From Raillietiella orientalis (lineage: Eukaryota): a stretch of DNA of 64,000 nucleotides. The position numbers were made by a program, and so were the translations under genes. The stretch is from positions 1,984,001 through 2,048,000 of the forward strand of contig JAYWIR010000028.1 of the NCBI GenBank assembly GCA_036172245.1, given 5' to 3'. The notes under the pieces were generated by a model. That model worked only from the letters and a program-made list of their open reading frames with translations. It did not search any database and was not told the origin of the DNA. Of this stretch, positions 36,882 to 48,871 are shown piece after piece (position 1 is the first letter of the stretch; every line of letters starts with the position of its first letter).

Positions 36882-39800
36882 CCCGAGGGGCGTCCTGGCC
36901 CCTGGGAAGGCGGCAACTTCGAGGACCAGGAGGAGCGCTGGAGCCGAGCACACGGCGGAAGGAAGTACTGGACCTTGGAGGTTCCATGAGCGCCCGTGCC
37001 TTAACCGTGTCGCCAAAGACAGCATATCGAATCGTTGCCTTCTTTCGGTTTGTTTTTGTTTCCTCTTCTCTTCCTCTCAGTGAGATTATCCGAGAAACTC
37101 CTGCCCACTCCATACAGATGTATTTTTGCAATGATGAAATATACATTTACGAGCCGCGGTTGCCACCTTTCCTTTCGGAAGAACGGGAACTCCGAGAGGG
37201 ACTCCCTTCCAGGGCGGTTCCACGAAGAGGGAGGCAGCGGTATTCTCCATTCGAGTGGGTCGAGAGGGGTAGTCGAAGGGGATGCTATCGCGCGCAGGTA
37301 CGATGCGCACAGCCCAATCGAAAGAGGAGGAAGAGGAGAAAGTGTCCGGTACCAAAGATCAAGGGCCGCACCTGAGACTGGACAGCCTGCAGCAACCGAA
37401 CGCACCCCATCAGTTCACAGTTTGGCCGCAAGGAAGGATGGGAAAACAGAGGTGGGCTTCCGGCGTAGACTGACTGCGGAGGATTGGTAAAGAGGGCGAT
37501 TCCCGCAGTGTCACGGCTCTTTTGGATCCCCTCCCCCCCCTCTCCCTTCAGTACCCAGGAGCAATCGATGAATGGGGAACGTCCAACCTAGATTTCGAAA
37601 GGCTGCTGCTACGAAAGAGTCCGGAAAATCATGGCATCTTCGAAAACTAAGGATCCGATTTGCTGCTCTCTAATGAGACGGAAGCATCAAATGTGTTTGC
37701 AAATTGTGACCGAATGAGATTGACCCATCGACTGCAGCGTTTCGAATCGTTTTGCTCGCGATAGGTTTTTGCACTTTTATTTTTTGGCCTAATTTTCCGA
37801 TCAACGTTACCTTCCGTCCACATGGAATTTTTCGTTAATACGGGCGCAGAACAAAGAAGTTCAACGAATCAGTCGATCAGTGCAGATGCATGTGCACGTC
37901 ATGTAACTTTCGTGTGTGTGTTTTGAGTCACGCGGGCAGTTTCATTCATTTGAAAACGAACACTCTTTATGATACCATTGGCACTTACTCAAAACAACTG
38001 ATAAAGGAGCACATCCAGTCGAACGGTTCTGATTAATGGAGGATACGTGTGCAGACTCTGCTGGACCAGGCGTGCTTCGGTTTATTAAATACCGTGGGCT
38101 TTTCAATGGAGGAAGGTTAAGAGATTTATTCGGAAAGCCGTCGCCCGTGCCTTGTGCGCGTATCCCTCAAACTTCTCGAGCTCACTTGATGCAGAGACAG
38201 GGAAGCCCTTCCTTCCAGGTGCTTTCGTTGATTCCTCAACTTCTCGAGCCAGCAGTCACCTCACTGTTCCATTTCTTGAACGTTTCGGGAAAACGTCGAT
38301 GACAAGCCCTCCGGAACCCTCTGCGAAGAGACCCGAGATTCTGACTCGAATCCAAATGCTTGGGAGGCTGCTGCACTACTTTCGCTTCTCCAGCAAGAAG
38401 GATCCGAAACGAAATGGTAAGCGCTGACGACCGATATGGCAGCACCACGTCTGTTTTAAATTTGCCATTGCGGCTGAGGGAAAAAAAATTTTCGAGACGT
38501 TCTGCCTTCAGACAAACTGTTCAACTCCAGAAAACGGAAGCACTTTTTTCCCGAGGCAAAAACTCGAACCCGGCAGTCAATGAAAATTGGTACAGTGTGA
38601 TATAGAAACGCACTTTTCTCGCCCATTTATTCCTCAGACTTCAAGTTTTTGCATCTCAGAGGTGAAAAAAAAAAAAAAATTGAATCATTTCCCATCAAGT
38701 AAAGAATCTTCTCGTACTTTCGTTTCGGATCTCATTGCCACTCAGTCGCTTGGAATTTAGTTTTAAAAGTCAATCTTGAGAATTCCTTTTTTTCATAGAG
38801 TGCCGCCCTCATTCCAGATTCCGATTCGGCTTCTCCTTTTCCTCCCTTTCCTCTGTATTTACTGAAGAATTCTGCGATGTCTTCGGTGCTCAAAGGATAA
38901 TTTCCTTATGATCGCCACGGGACGGTGAAGTGAGAATTCTCAGCGGAATTTTGAGATGGCTCAACTGGAAACAAAAATTAAACAGTCTCGAAATTTCTCG
39001 AGAAGTTTGTCTTTCGGTGCACTGTGCGGCTCGACAGCGAGCAATATCGAAAGAACTGCATCTGGACCTCGAGGAAGAAGCAGCTTCCTTCCTCGAGTCA
39101 CGTTAATTAGCAGAAATAAAATTATCAGAAAATTAACATCAGAGATAATAAAAAAAAATTGTCAAAATTGCCCGAAAAACTTGGGGGGGGGGGGGGAGAG
39201 CTGCCATTTCGAATGTTATATCGACGACATAACAGCACTATGCAGAGGAAATGCAGAACCTGAAGACAATACTTTGCTATGGAGATGCATCAGTTCTTGG
39301 AGAGATTGTCACGCATCTCGCGGATCAGATCCACCATGCACAGCTTGCATTCTGTTTCCTCTCATGGCTTTAAATTCTCATTCCCTTCTGATGATTGCCA
39401 TAACTTCTTCGGAAAAAGCAGAGAGGAACCTTACGAGAGCAAAACTAAGAGGAAAGCAACGCTAAAAAATATGTGCTATTTTTAGCATCCGATTTAAAAA
39501 TCAGCAAGCAATCAGATTCATTTTCATCGGAGTGACGTGAATATTCCAGGAATTCACACCTTTTAAGAGTAGGCACAATCGCGCATGGACTGAGCCATCC
39601 GTGAGAAAACCCACTCAGGTCACGAATATTCACAATCAGTTCGCAAAGATTAAGACCGGTGGATTCTAAGAGTAAGGGAGCACGCTCTTGCGGTCTATAG
39701 GGGTCAGGGAGTCGTCGCGTGGATTGGTGGTACCAGCGTTTCCGTTTAATGGGGCATCCATTCAGTGACATTTGCATTTCGTGAGGTCACATCCAGACCC

Positions 39801-41099
39801 CGACCAATTCCCCATTTCGAATGCATGTGAACCCCGGATTAATTGCCTCTTGCATCCGAGGCGTCGCGATTGAGATCCGAGCAACCATTAGCGATCCACA
39901 GAATTTCTAGCGTGGGCGGGGTGATTGCGATCCCTCCAACGGGGTCGCTGCTGCCTACACTGCATCTCTTCTTCGCCTCGTTTCGTGCAAGGAGGACGGC
40001 AGAGATGTGACCCGACCGAAACGTGCAATACTTCTGCGCTTCCTGGCGAGCGCGCAGGCAGGGAGGGTCCCAGACATGGGGTCCTCGAAGAGGTCCAGGC
40101 ACTCTGCAGCGAGAGAAGGTGGCGCGCAGAGAGCTCTCGTAGGATGCGCTCGCGCGCTCGAGGGAGCCGGACTTTCTCGTGGCGGTGAAGGAGGGTGCAG
40201 TTTGCGTGCTGCGGGCGGAGCGCCACCCGCGAATGAGCGCCCATCTCTTTTCGTGTGGAGCATCGCACGTTTGCCGGGAGGCTACCCGGAAGCGATGACG
40301 CAAGCGTGTCGCGCTAGTCTTGCAGGCAAGGGCAAACGGGCGTCCCTAACGATGCTCTCCTGACGGCTTCTGTGAGAGAGGGACGGAAGGAGGCAGGACT
40401 ATGGCCGGGAAGCACGGTGGCGAGGCAAGCCGCCGTCGCTCTCTGTCTCAGGGAGCTCGGAGACGAGGTACATGACCCGAAGGTCCCTCGCTAATGTTCG
40501 TCATCTCTGGAGTCCTCGGGAAAGCTTCCAACGGCTCCAAGAAAAAGCGCCTCGAAGATTCCCTCTCTTCCTTCAGGACCGCAGCTCTCTCTGAAAACCC
40601 GCCCGAGGACGAGGCTGTGAGGGCGGGCCTGGAGACCCTAGCAAAAGATGGAAGGAAAGAACCTACTCTGCACTGTCATCCCCACCAGTATCATCGCAGT
40701 TGTCGTCGATGTCGTCCTCGGCTCCTCCTTATCCTTTGTCTGCTTGCTCATCCTGGTGGGGGGAGCCAGGAGTCCTCCCAGCGATGCTCACGGTTCCAGG
40801 ACCGGAGCTTCGCGGCCACTCACTCTTCTCCATCCTCCACGGCACGGCTACCTTTCCGCCTTTATCGAGTCGGATGCTCTCCCTTTCAGAAACAGAGGGA
40901 TCGCTCTTCCTGAAGGATGCCCTCGTGGCTGCCGGAGTCGCCGGGAGGAGCGAGTGGCCAGGGGAGAAAGATTTAGGGATTTCTGCGGGGGAAGGGGAAC
41001 AACTAGGCTGAGTCTTCTCTCTGATTCTCCCCCCCTCCCCTCCCCCTTCCTTTCCCTCCTTGCATTACTCTCTTCCATCCCCTCTCCCTCGCGCAGCAC

Positions 41100-43400
41100 G
41101 TGATTTCGGCATCGGCAGGCCCTGAGGCCACTCCCAACACGCCGCTTTGATTGCATTCCACGGGAAGCTGTGATCGATGCTCACTCAAGCGTCGTCTACT
41201 CAACATGCTCGTGGATGAGGCTGAAGGAGGAGCACGTATTCTCGGAACCACAAGTTGCCGCCTGTTGAGTGCCATCTCCGAGCAGAGCGAGGAAGCGTTC
41301 TTTTGGCAAGAGGATGAGGAAAGGGGGGTAAGGGAGGGAGGGCGAAGCTTCTTTTTTTTTTCTTTCGAGGCTTTTCCTTGGCAATGGGACCAGAGGGATG
41401 TGAACGAAGTTACCTGCTTTGCACTGCTTGGCTCCAGCTCCGATCCCAGACAACGAGGTTCGCCCGTGTCTCCCATCCCTCATCGACCACCCGCAGAAGG
41501 GGAGAAGCGTCCTCCCGACGGTGCCCTGTCCCACTTCAGAGAGTCCATAGGGACATTAAAGACCTTCTTCCTCGTGGGAGCTGCGGATGCACTCCCTCAG
41601 TTTCCCCTTCCCGATCGGGAGTCCGCGGGACGACTTGCGACGGCGAACCCCTACCCGACCCGTGAAACCTCGTCCCGCCAACTCGTTGGCATTCCTGCTC
41701 TTTCCCGGAATTCCCGCGCGAGGTGCTGCAATCACGGAGGAAGCAGGGCTGGAGCCTTCTCTCTGCCCTGATTGGGAAAGTGAACGTCGCCGAAGACTTC
41801 CCTCTTTCCCGGAAGCCGTCGGTATGCAGGACGATCCCTCGCCGCTTTCCTGCTTGTGGTGGCGGCCCCGGCCTCCTGACGCTGGAGAGGATGAAGATTC
41901 AGCTGCAAAAGAGGGCCACAGCCGCGAAGCACTGGAACACCCCCTGGAAGCGTTCCCGCATGCCTCCTCGCCAGCCGTGCACCCCGTACGGAAGGACTTT
42001 CCTCCTACCTTTTGTGCCCCGCCTGGAAGGTGAGAAGATCCAGTCTCCTCCTCGGATACGCATGGCCACCTTGGCGGAGGAGAACGCCTAGATGGCCTGT
42101 TTCCCCGCCAACTTTAGCGCCTGAAAAGAGAAAACAGTTGGCACGTGGGCGAAGATCAACAAGCCGAGAGCCGAGACGCGGAAATGCCTGCGACTCGGCG
42201 TCCACGCCCGCTGCTCGCTGCGGAAGATCCTGGATCCCGGCTGGCACCCCAGGGGACGTTTCACGGCTCCTCTTTTTGCGGGATGCCATGCAGCCAGCAG
42301 CAGCCCTTGCAGCACTTAGCTGCATCTGCGAGATAGTGGCGGCCTGGAGCGAAGCCGATGGAGAAAGAAACGAGAGGAACACCGTCCACTCGTAGTTCGC
42401 TTCTTGAGGATAGCTGCCAGATGGTCCTACCTGGGACCTACTCGGACGGATCTAGCCGGCATCCTGGAAAGGATGCAGACTCCCTCCAGCCAACCGTGAT
42501 CCCCTACCGGTCTTCCAGAGCGTTCTTATTTATTTCTATGTATTCTTCATTTTATTTTTCTTTCTATTTTCTCCCATCATTCTCTGCCGCCGAGTCCCAC
42601 CGGTCTGCAACCTGGCAGGTCCTTTGCAGAATTGACTGCGGTGGGGCTTCGTACTCCACCACAAAAACTTATTAAGTTTATTGTTTCCAATAAACGTCCC
42701 GGTCTGACCAAGTGGCACTTTCTTGCCTAACCAGCAGACGGAGCTGCTGCTTGCAGGGGGAACAACTCCATTCGGTTGCCCCGGAGGGCCTCTTCGCAAC
42801 GTGGCGGACAGACACTCCTCCAGCCGCTGGGCTGCCGTTGCTATGGTAGCGTCACGGCGGGAGCCCAACTGCTAGGTGGGAGGTTCCCTGTCTCACAGGA
42901 AGGTGGAGGGGGAGGGGAATACCGGATACGACACGGAACACGGACGCCGCGACGAGGATCTGCCGGACTCCCACGCGTGACACATTAGACGCGAGAGCTC
43001 CGAAGGTCCCTGCAGAGATGATTCCATGGATACTGCTCTGGTGGAGGCACGCTTCCCCTTGGATTAAGTGGCAGTTCCCACTACCCTCCAAGGGTGCTCG
43101 ATGATTCCCGCCAGGTGGCAGCACGGGACGACACGTTTCTTGCACTGGGGTTTACCGCACAACTGACGCCCGGAGCCACTGTCACCCGGTCACGCTGGAG
43201 CGTACAGGAGTGTTTCCGTTGTGCTCCCGTGGGTGACCTTGTTGATCGCTCGTGTTTCGTTCAGCGGAATCGGTCGGGGCTTTGAACTGACGTCAGACTG
43301 CAGGCACGCAGTTCCGTGGACTGCGGAGTATGTGGGAGTTTGATTGTTCACGTAACTGTGGATCAGTCGGATACAATACGGGAGAGGGTGAAGGTCCCTT
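41100..43400 (+). mobile_element. Decayed LINE 3' half (RT thumb to zf-RVT)
   Basis: GARILG (KILG-like, ~41235), a post-RT segment shared with 44470-44870(-), and LHWGLPHN...ECFRC (~43140-43230) resembling the 10390-10480 zinc-finger region. Confidence 0.5.
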
Positions 43401-44439
43401 CAGGAATGACCACTCTTCCTCGGCCATCCTTTGGCAGGGAGGTTCTGCAGGACTCGAGGAAGTTTCTGACTCTGGCCGCCATAACTCTCTTGTCTCGGTG
43501 CCGTCTGCCCCGAGGGAAAGCGATGACAGCTGTCTTCCTGCTTGGCGGGAGTTCTCCTGCGCCGCTGCGGGAGAGACCAAGCTCCTGGGCGGCCTGGACG
43601 ACGGGCAGGCTCCTCCTCGTCCCTAGGCGAAGGGACCGCTTTGGTGGTCTCTGGCGACGAACTCATGGCCTCTTCCTCATGTTCGAACACTTCCATTTCC
43701 CCCCTTTAACTGGAAAAGCAGGTCTACGCCTCGCTGCCCGGGGGAGCTGCGTTCCCGAACAGTGCCAGGCGCGGGTCCGTGGAATCGATCCCGCTGAGGC
43801 TGCTTTTCTCCTGCAGAGCCCTCCGCGAACACTGGAGGGGGAATGTGGCTCCGGCGCCCAGGTACACATCGACCGCGTCCTGCTGCGGAGATCCTTCGCG
43901 CGCGGCAGGCTCCCGTCAGGCGACGGTGATGGCGACGATGGATGGTTGCTGTCACACTCCGCCACGTCTGGAGAAGAAAGCAAAGCGGAGGGAGACCACC
44001 CATACACCAGCTGCCTACGCGGGGACGGCTGCTAGATGACTTACCTACAAGAGGAAGCCAAGGCGGATATCGGCAGCATTCAGCGCCGGTCCACGAGGAA
44101 GGAACCCCGAAACCGGTGACTCGTGTCCTCATAGTTCTTCCTTTATTCATTTAGTGAATTTCCTCTCCCTCTCGTTTCGGACTTTGCCCGGCTGCTGAGA
44201 AGGAACGGGAAAAGCGAAAGTAACTGCCGTATCATCATCTTTTTTTTTTATTCTCGTTCATCATCCCCTCCCATTTGTTGTGAACTCCTGGGGTGACTGA
44301 CCTCCGCGTCGATGCGCTCTCCCTTTAGACTCCCCTTCGTTATCCTTTGGGAACTTGGTGGTTCCCAACACGTTCGTTCCTTTTTGAATAAACGCCCCGG
44401 TGTGCTCGGGTTTTATATCTCATGGATGCTGCGTCTCGC

Positions 44440-44880
44440 CCGAGAGCGGGAGCTCAACAACTCCCAGGTGGCAGTCCGTCGATTGGGAAGAGGCAAGCGA
44501 GGGAAGGACTCAGGAGCTCCCGCGCTGAAGAAGGTCTTTGATGTCTCGACGGCCTTCTTGGCCTCTCTGAGGTGGGAAGAGGAACCATCGGGAGGACGCT
44601 TCTCCCCTTCTGCAGGTGGTCGATGAGGGATGGGAGACACGGGCGAACCTCGTTGTCTGGGATCGGAGCAGGAGTAAAGTGGTGCAGAGCATCCCTCTGG
44701 TCCCGTTGCCAGCACGATGGATCGCCATCGGGAAGCGAGACATGACCCTGAGCGACCAAGGGCTGCAGCCCGAAGCTGCGGTGTAAAGCAGGAGGCATCA
44801 CTAGACCGCGACATATGGAGTGTACTGAAGAGCCCCAGAGGCTAAACGTCCTTCCAGAGGATCTTAGCGTGCTAACCGTT
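44440..44880 (-). mobile_element. LINE post-RT fragment, inverted paralog of ~41400-41650
   Basis: 44584-44669 is the reverse complement of 41437-41522 at 84/86 nt. Weaker similarity continues on both sides. Confidence 0.7.
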
Positions 44881-44919
44881 CTGGAGTGTGAGGGGAGGGT
44901 CACCCAGTTTTTTCCTGGG

Positions 44920-47900
44920 CATTTATTATTAAAATAATAATAAAAGACATGTCAATAACAATAGAATGGTACAACACCTGGTTCTACCACATGCGTGGAA
45001 CTTGTCAAGACCGGTACGTGGACCGACCACGTCAGCTTCTGCGGCGACAGAAAAGGGAAAACCGAAAAAAAGAAGCGAACAAAGGCGTTTTCTGGGGATG
45101 GAGGGAAGGCGGGGAAGGGATCACATTTCTCTGGGAAACATCCGCTGCATCCTGTAAGGGATGCTGACAAGTTCCGTCCTTTGTTTGCCCAGGTAGGGTC
45201 ATCTCGAGGGAGCCTTCAAGAAGATTGCCTCCCAGCGAATGGCGTCCCTGCCATCCTGGTCCCTTCTTTCCGTGTTCCAGGATGCCACGACTCCGCGGAC
45301 ACAGCAGAGAACTGAGAGGAACGCGGCTGGCGGCAGATGCCGCGCATGCACGAAGAGGTGTCGAAAAATGTCCCTAGGACCGTCCACTGGGAATTTTAGG
45401 ATCGTCGAGAGACAATCCCAAAAGGGTCAGAGGATGGTACAGGCTGGAAAAAAATGCGGGAAGGTCTCCTCTTCACCCTCACCTGTCTCATTTGGCGTCC
45501 ACGCTCCTCCGTGTCCAGTGGTGGAGGCGCTCTTTGCATGGGATTCCGCAGTGCGATCCCAGCAACGCCCACTCCTGCGACTCGAGGAGAAAGGCGCCAC
45601 TGTTCCAGCACTCTGTGGATCACTTTATCTCCTCCAGAGGGATCGCGAGCAGCTCTCCCCAGCGTGAGAGTCCTTTCGGCGGGACACTCGGTGTCGTGGC
45701 GTCCGTGACCTCCCGAGTTGTCCACGCGCCCAGAAGTTTTTTCCTGCCTCGCATGAAACAGGACATCTACCTTGGCGGAAGGTAGGAGAGTACCTTGAGT
45801 CCTTTAGGGAGGGCAGTGATGGGGCAGGCGGGTGGACGAAGCCCAGAGCAGCTTGCGTGGGCTGCAAACAAACTCCCGCAGCGGCCGTCGAGCGTGTCTT
45901 CATCGTCGGAGGCAGGCGTACTCTGCCTCGTTCGACCGCGGATCTTCCCCCATGAGCACACTGACTCCTGGAGCCAGGCAATGCAGCTTGCGGGGAGGCA
46001 GGAGATCCAGGTGTTCTTCACCAAAGCAACCATCTGTCTCAGTGAGGTGGGGAGGAAAGACTGCAGAAATGTGGCACTGGTGCTCTGTTTCCTCGGTCCA
46101 CAATAAAATCCGGTGGAGGCGAGATTTATTCAGCCTGAGGTTCTTCCATGGTAGTCCATCTAGGGAGGATCACCTTGGACACACCCGAAGGGCAGGGAGG
46201 TAGCCGAACTGTTCCAGTCTTGCACTGTCCAAACGATCAGACTTGGAACGATTCCCGACTGATCTTTCAAGCTGTTTTCTGGGATATCTGGAGTGCAGAT
46301 CAAGGTGGTCAGCCACCCCATATGGTCCACGTGTCCGGAAGCGAAATCGTCGATGCGTGGTATGTCGTCAAACCCAAATTTTGTGGACCTTGAAAGTCTT
46401 CGGTACACCTGAAGAAGATCCGACGCACCAGCTGCGCACTGTCAAGCCGCGTGCTTGGCATGCGGGGAACAGCGACCACGTGAGACGCCACGAGAAGAGG
46501 CCAGTACGACAGGAGCTCTATCCACTGGGCAAAACTCTCTATGAGGATCGCCGCAAGATAGCTCCATCTGGGAAGTAAGAAAAACGAACTCACCAGCATC
46601 CTCCACAGGTTGAACAGGAAATCGAGGAACACACTGTGATCCCTTCCCGAGCACCCTTTTCATTCCATCCAAGCACCCTCAAAAAAAAAAGTTTTTGTAT
46701 TTATTTATTTGTATTATTTTGTTTTCTCTCGTTCCCTGTGTCTCTAAGACGGACCTTCTTCCGGTATTCTCTCTTGAACCTTTGAGTCCAAATGGACGTG
46801 GTAGTGTCCAAAATTGAATGTTCGTGATTTTAATAATGAACGACCCGACGCAACCAGGTGAAGAACTTGAGCAGTGTGAAAACCGGGATCTGTTGTGAGT
46901 GTGTTTGGGGAGAACGTCTCCCTGAAATGCTCCAGGTACGGGACGGTCGAATCGTCCCCTCACCTGAGGGGACGGAGTGTGATGCTCTCCGTTGCACTTG
47001 GAGACAACCCGTGGTGACAACGCTCCTGTATCCGGAGGACATCCTCCAAGCATCTCTGCATCGTTTCTCCGTGCTGGACTGATGCTTTGTCGTCTGCCGC
47101 TGTGATCGCGATTTCCGCGTTGTGACGTCACAGAACGAGTTGGTGTTCCGCGAGCACACGAAACATGCGGCCAGGCAGCCCAAGTCAATATCTAAAAAGA
47201 AAAAAAAAAAAAAATACATAACAGCATTTATAAAGAAAGAATGTGGTGGAAAATCGACAGCATTCATTAGATTTTTGATCAACCCCACGTTCAAAAGGGG
47301 ATGAAGTATTATAGGTGAAAGGTAAAGTGGATTTGATGATTATGATAAGCGGGTCGATTAAAAGGACAATCAAATGGGCGAGTAAAAAGAATAGAAACGT
47401 TTCATTCCTTTGAAAAATGAAGTAAAATAATAAAGAAACTGTTTGATGATCAGAAGTCCTCGGGTTTATCTCATTATCCGCATGAAGTCTCGAGGGAGAT
47501 AGTTCGAATCTCGATCACGCTGTAGATGATTCTCAGCGGCCAAATCTCAGACCCTTTTCTCTTCCCTCCCCTTCTCTTTTCTTTTGCCTATTCATTATGA
47601 CCTCCTTCCTTTTGCATCCATCTCTGTGTACAGCTGAACTGCGGGGGAAGGGGGATGGAGATTCTCCAGCGAATTTTTGTTACTGAGTAGAAACTCAGTC
47701 TGTTGTGGCAACCCTTTTTGTTTTTTTTGAGTTTACCAAACGCCTTGGCGTGACCTTCCCATCCCCGATTGCCGGGCCATTTACTTAAAATAAAGAAATG
47801 AAATTTTTGAAACCCACATCTGGCAGCCCGGAACCAAAGGAACAAACCTCGCTGGGGACAACGAGGAAGAAGAGGAAAGGCCAATAAATGCACAAATAAG

Positions 47901-48730
47901 GAGGTTAGGAGGATCGGCATCGCGGTAATGAGCACGATTCCTGAGATCCTGCGTCGGGCAGAGATGGGGAAGAGGGAGGAAGGGGGGGGGGGTCGCGCAA
48001 CTGGGAGAAAATGCACGTGCCAGTGTCAAGGCAGCAACCTGAAACACGCTCCCCAGCCCCATGCAGTGGTGAAAGTGCAGAGTGGTCCACCGTGGAAGAA
48101 TTCGCCGTGGAGAAATGCAGACGACCGTCCTACGAAGTGATGGCAGTGTGCCAGACGCAGTTCGTTACCATGGCAAGGAGGGCAAACACCGCCTGCGCCC
48201 TACTCGACGGCGGCGAAAGCTGGGGCTGCCACGGCACGAACCCACGACCGGAAAAGTGAAAAAGGAGTCATATTGAAACCCGAAGACGTAGACGTAGGCT
48301 CCATCCTCATTACGCAGAGAAAAGTACACCCCATTGAAATGGAACATCCCACACTTCGCTGACCCTATTGAAAACGGGGCAGTGAAGTGTGGGATTTTCA
48401 ACCCCACACTTCACTGCAACGAAGGGCAGTGTCAAAGCAACCGTGCCCTTTGCAGAACTGCCGTTTGCACCGATTGCGATCAACTGTTCGAGAAGGTCGT
48501 CGAGAAACGGAATGGCTTGAAATGGCAGGAAAGCCCGAGGGCATCAACGAGGAAGTCGCGACAAACCGGAACCCTTGCGGCTTGAGCTTCAACCCACCGA
48601 GAAATTGCACCTGGGGCCATTTTTTCCCAGTACAGTACGCTTTGATACATTTCAATGTAAGGAATACAGATTAAGAGATGAAAGGGCGGGCTTTCCACCA
48701 CCTCAACAGATCTTTTAAACTTCCTTCGCG
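44920..48730 (-). mobile_element. Decayed Tx1/L1-like non-LTR retrotransposon (ORF1, endonuclease, RT)
   Basis: Frameshifted motifs occur in the expected order: ORF1-like CRDFLVDALG / GHGCFDTALRCSEVW / YVYVFGF (~48600-48270), a broken CCHC knuckle (~48050-48000), endonuclease-like segments (~47200-46830), RT segment RWSYLAAILIESFAQWIELLSY...LVRR (~46580-46420) and a YADD-like relic (~46350). An AT-rich tail lies near 44920-44945. The 3' boundary is uncertain. Confidence 0.6.
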
Positions 48731-48736
48731 TAGATT

Positions 48737-48839
48737 TATCCGAACGCCTCACGATTCTGCGCGTCATTCTTGCTCAGGGGTCATGCTAACCTTCTCCGCA
48801 TCGTTCCAATTTTAGTATACGCACAGCTGAAGCGTGTAC
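48737..48839 (-). ncRNA. Variant or pseudogenic U6 snRNA fused to the U2 fragment
   Basis: The minus strand reads GTACACGCTTCAGCTGTGCGTATACTAAAATTGGAACGATGCGGAGAAGGTTAGCATGACCCCTGAGCAAGAATGACGCGCAGAATCGTGAGGCGTTCGGATA, collinear with canonical U6 over ~100 nt. The AGC triad is kept, ACAGAGA is changed to GCGGAGA and the 3' oligo-T is missing. Confidence 0.9.
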
Positions 48840-48871
48840 ACTTTGATCTTAGCCAAAAGGCGAGAAGCGAT
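48837..48871 (-). ncRNA. U2 snRNA 5' fragment (nt ~1-35), truncated inside the branch-point recognition sequence
   Basis: The minus strand reads ATCGCTTCTCGCCTTTTGGCTAAGATCAAAGTGTA. This matches the metazoan U2 5' end ATCGCTTCTCGGCCTTTTGGCTAAGATCAA(A)GTGTAGTA apart from one missing G. The rest of U2 is absent. Confidence 0.9.

Noticed and set aside
48737..48839. Assignment as U6atac
   Set aside because: Apart from AAGGTTAGCA, the sequence is collinear with major U6 (TACTAAAATTGGAACGAT, 5' stem-loop, 3' CGTGARGCGTTC).
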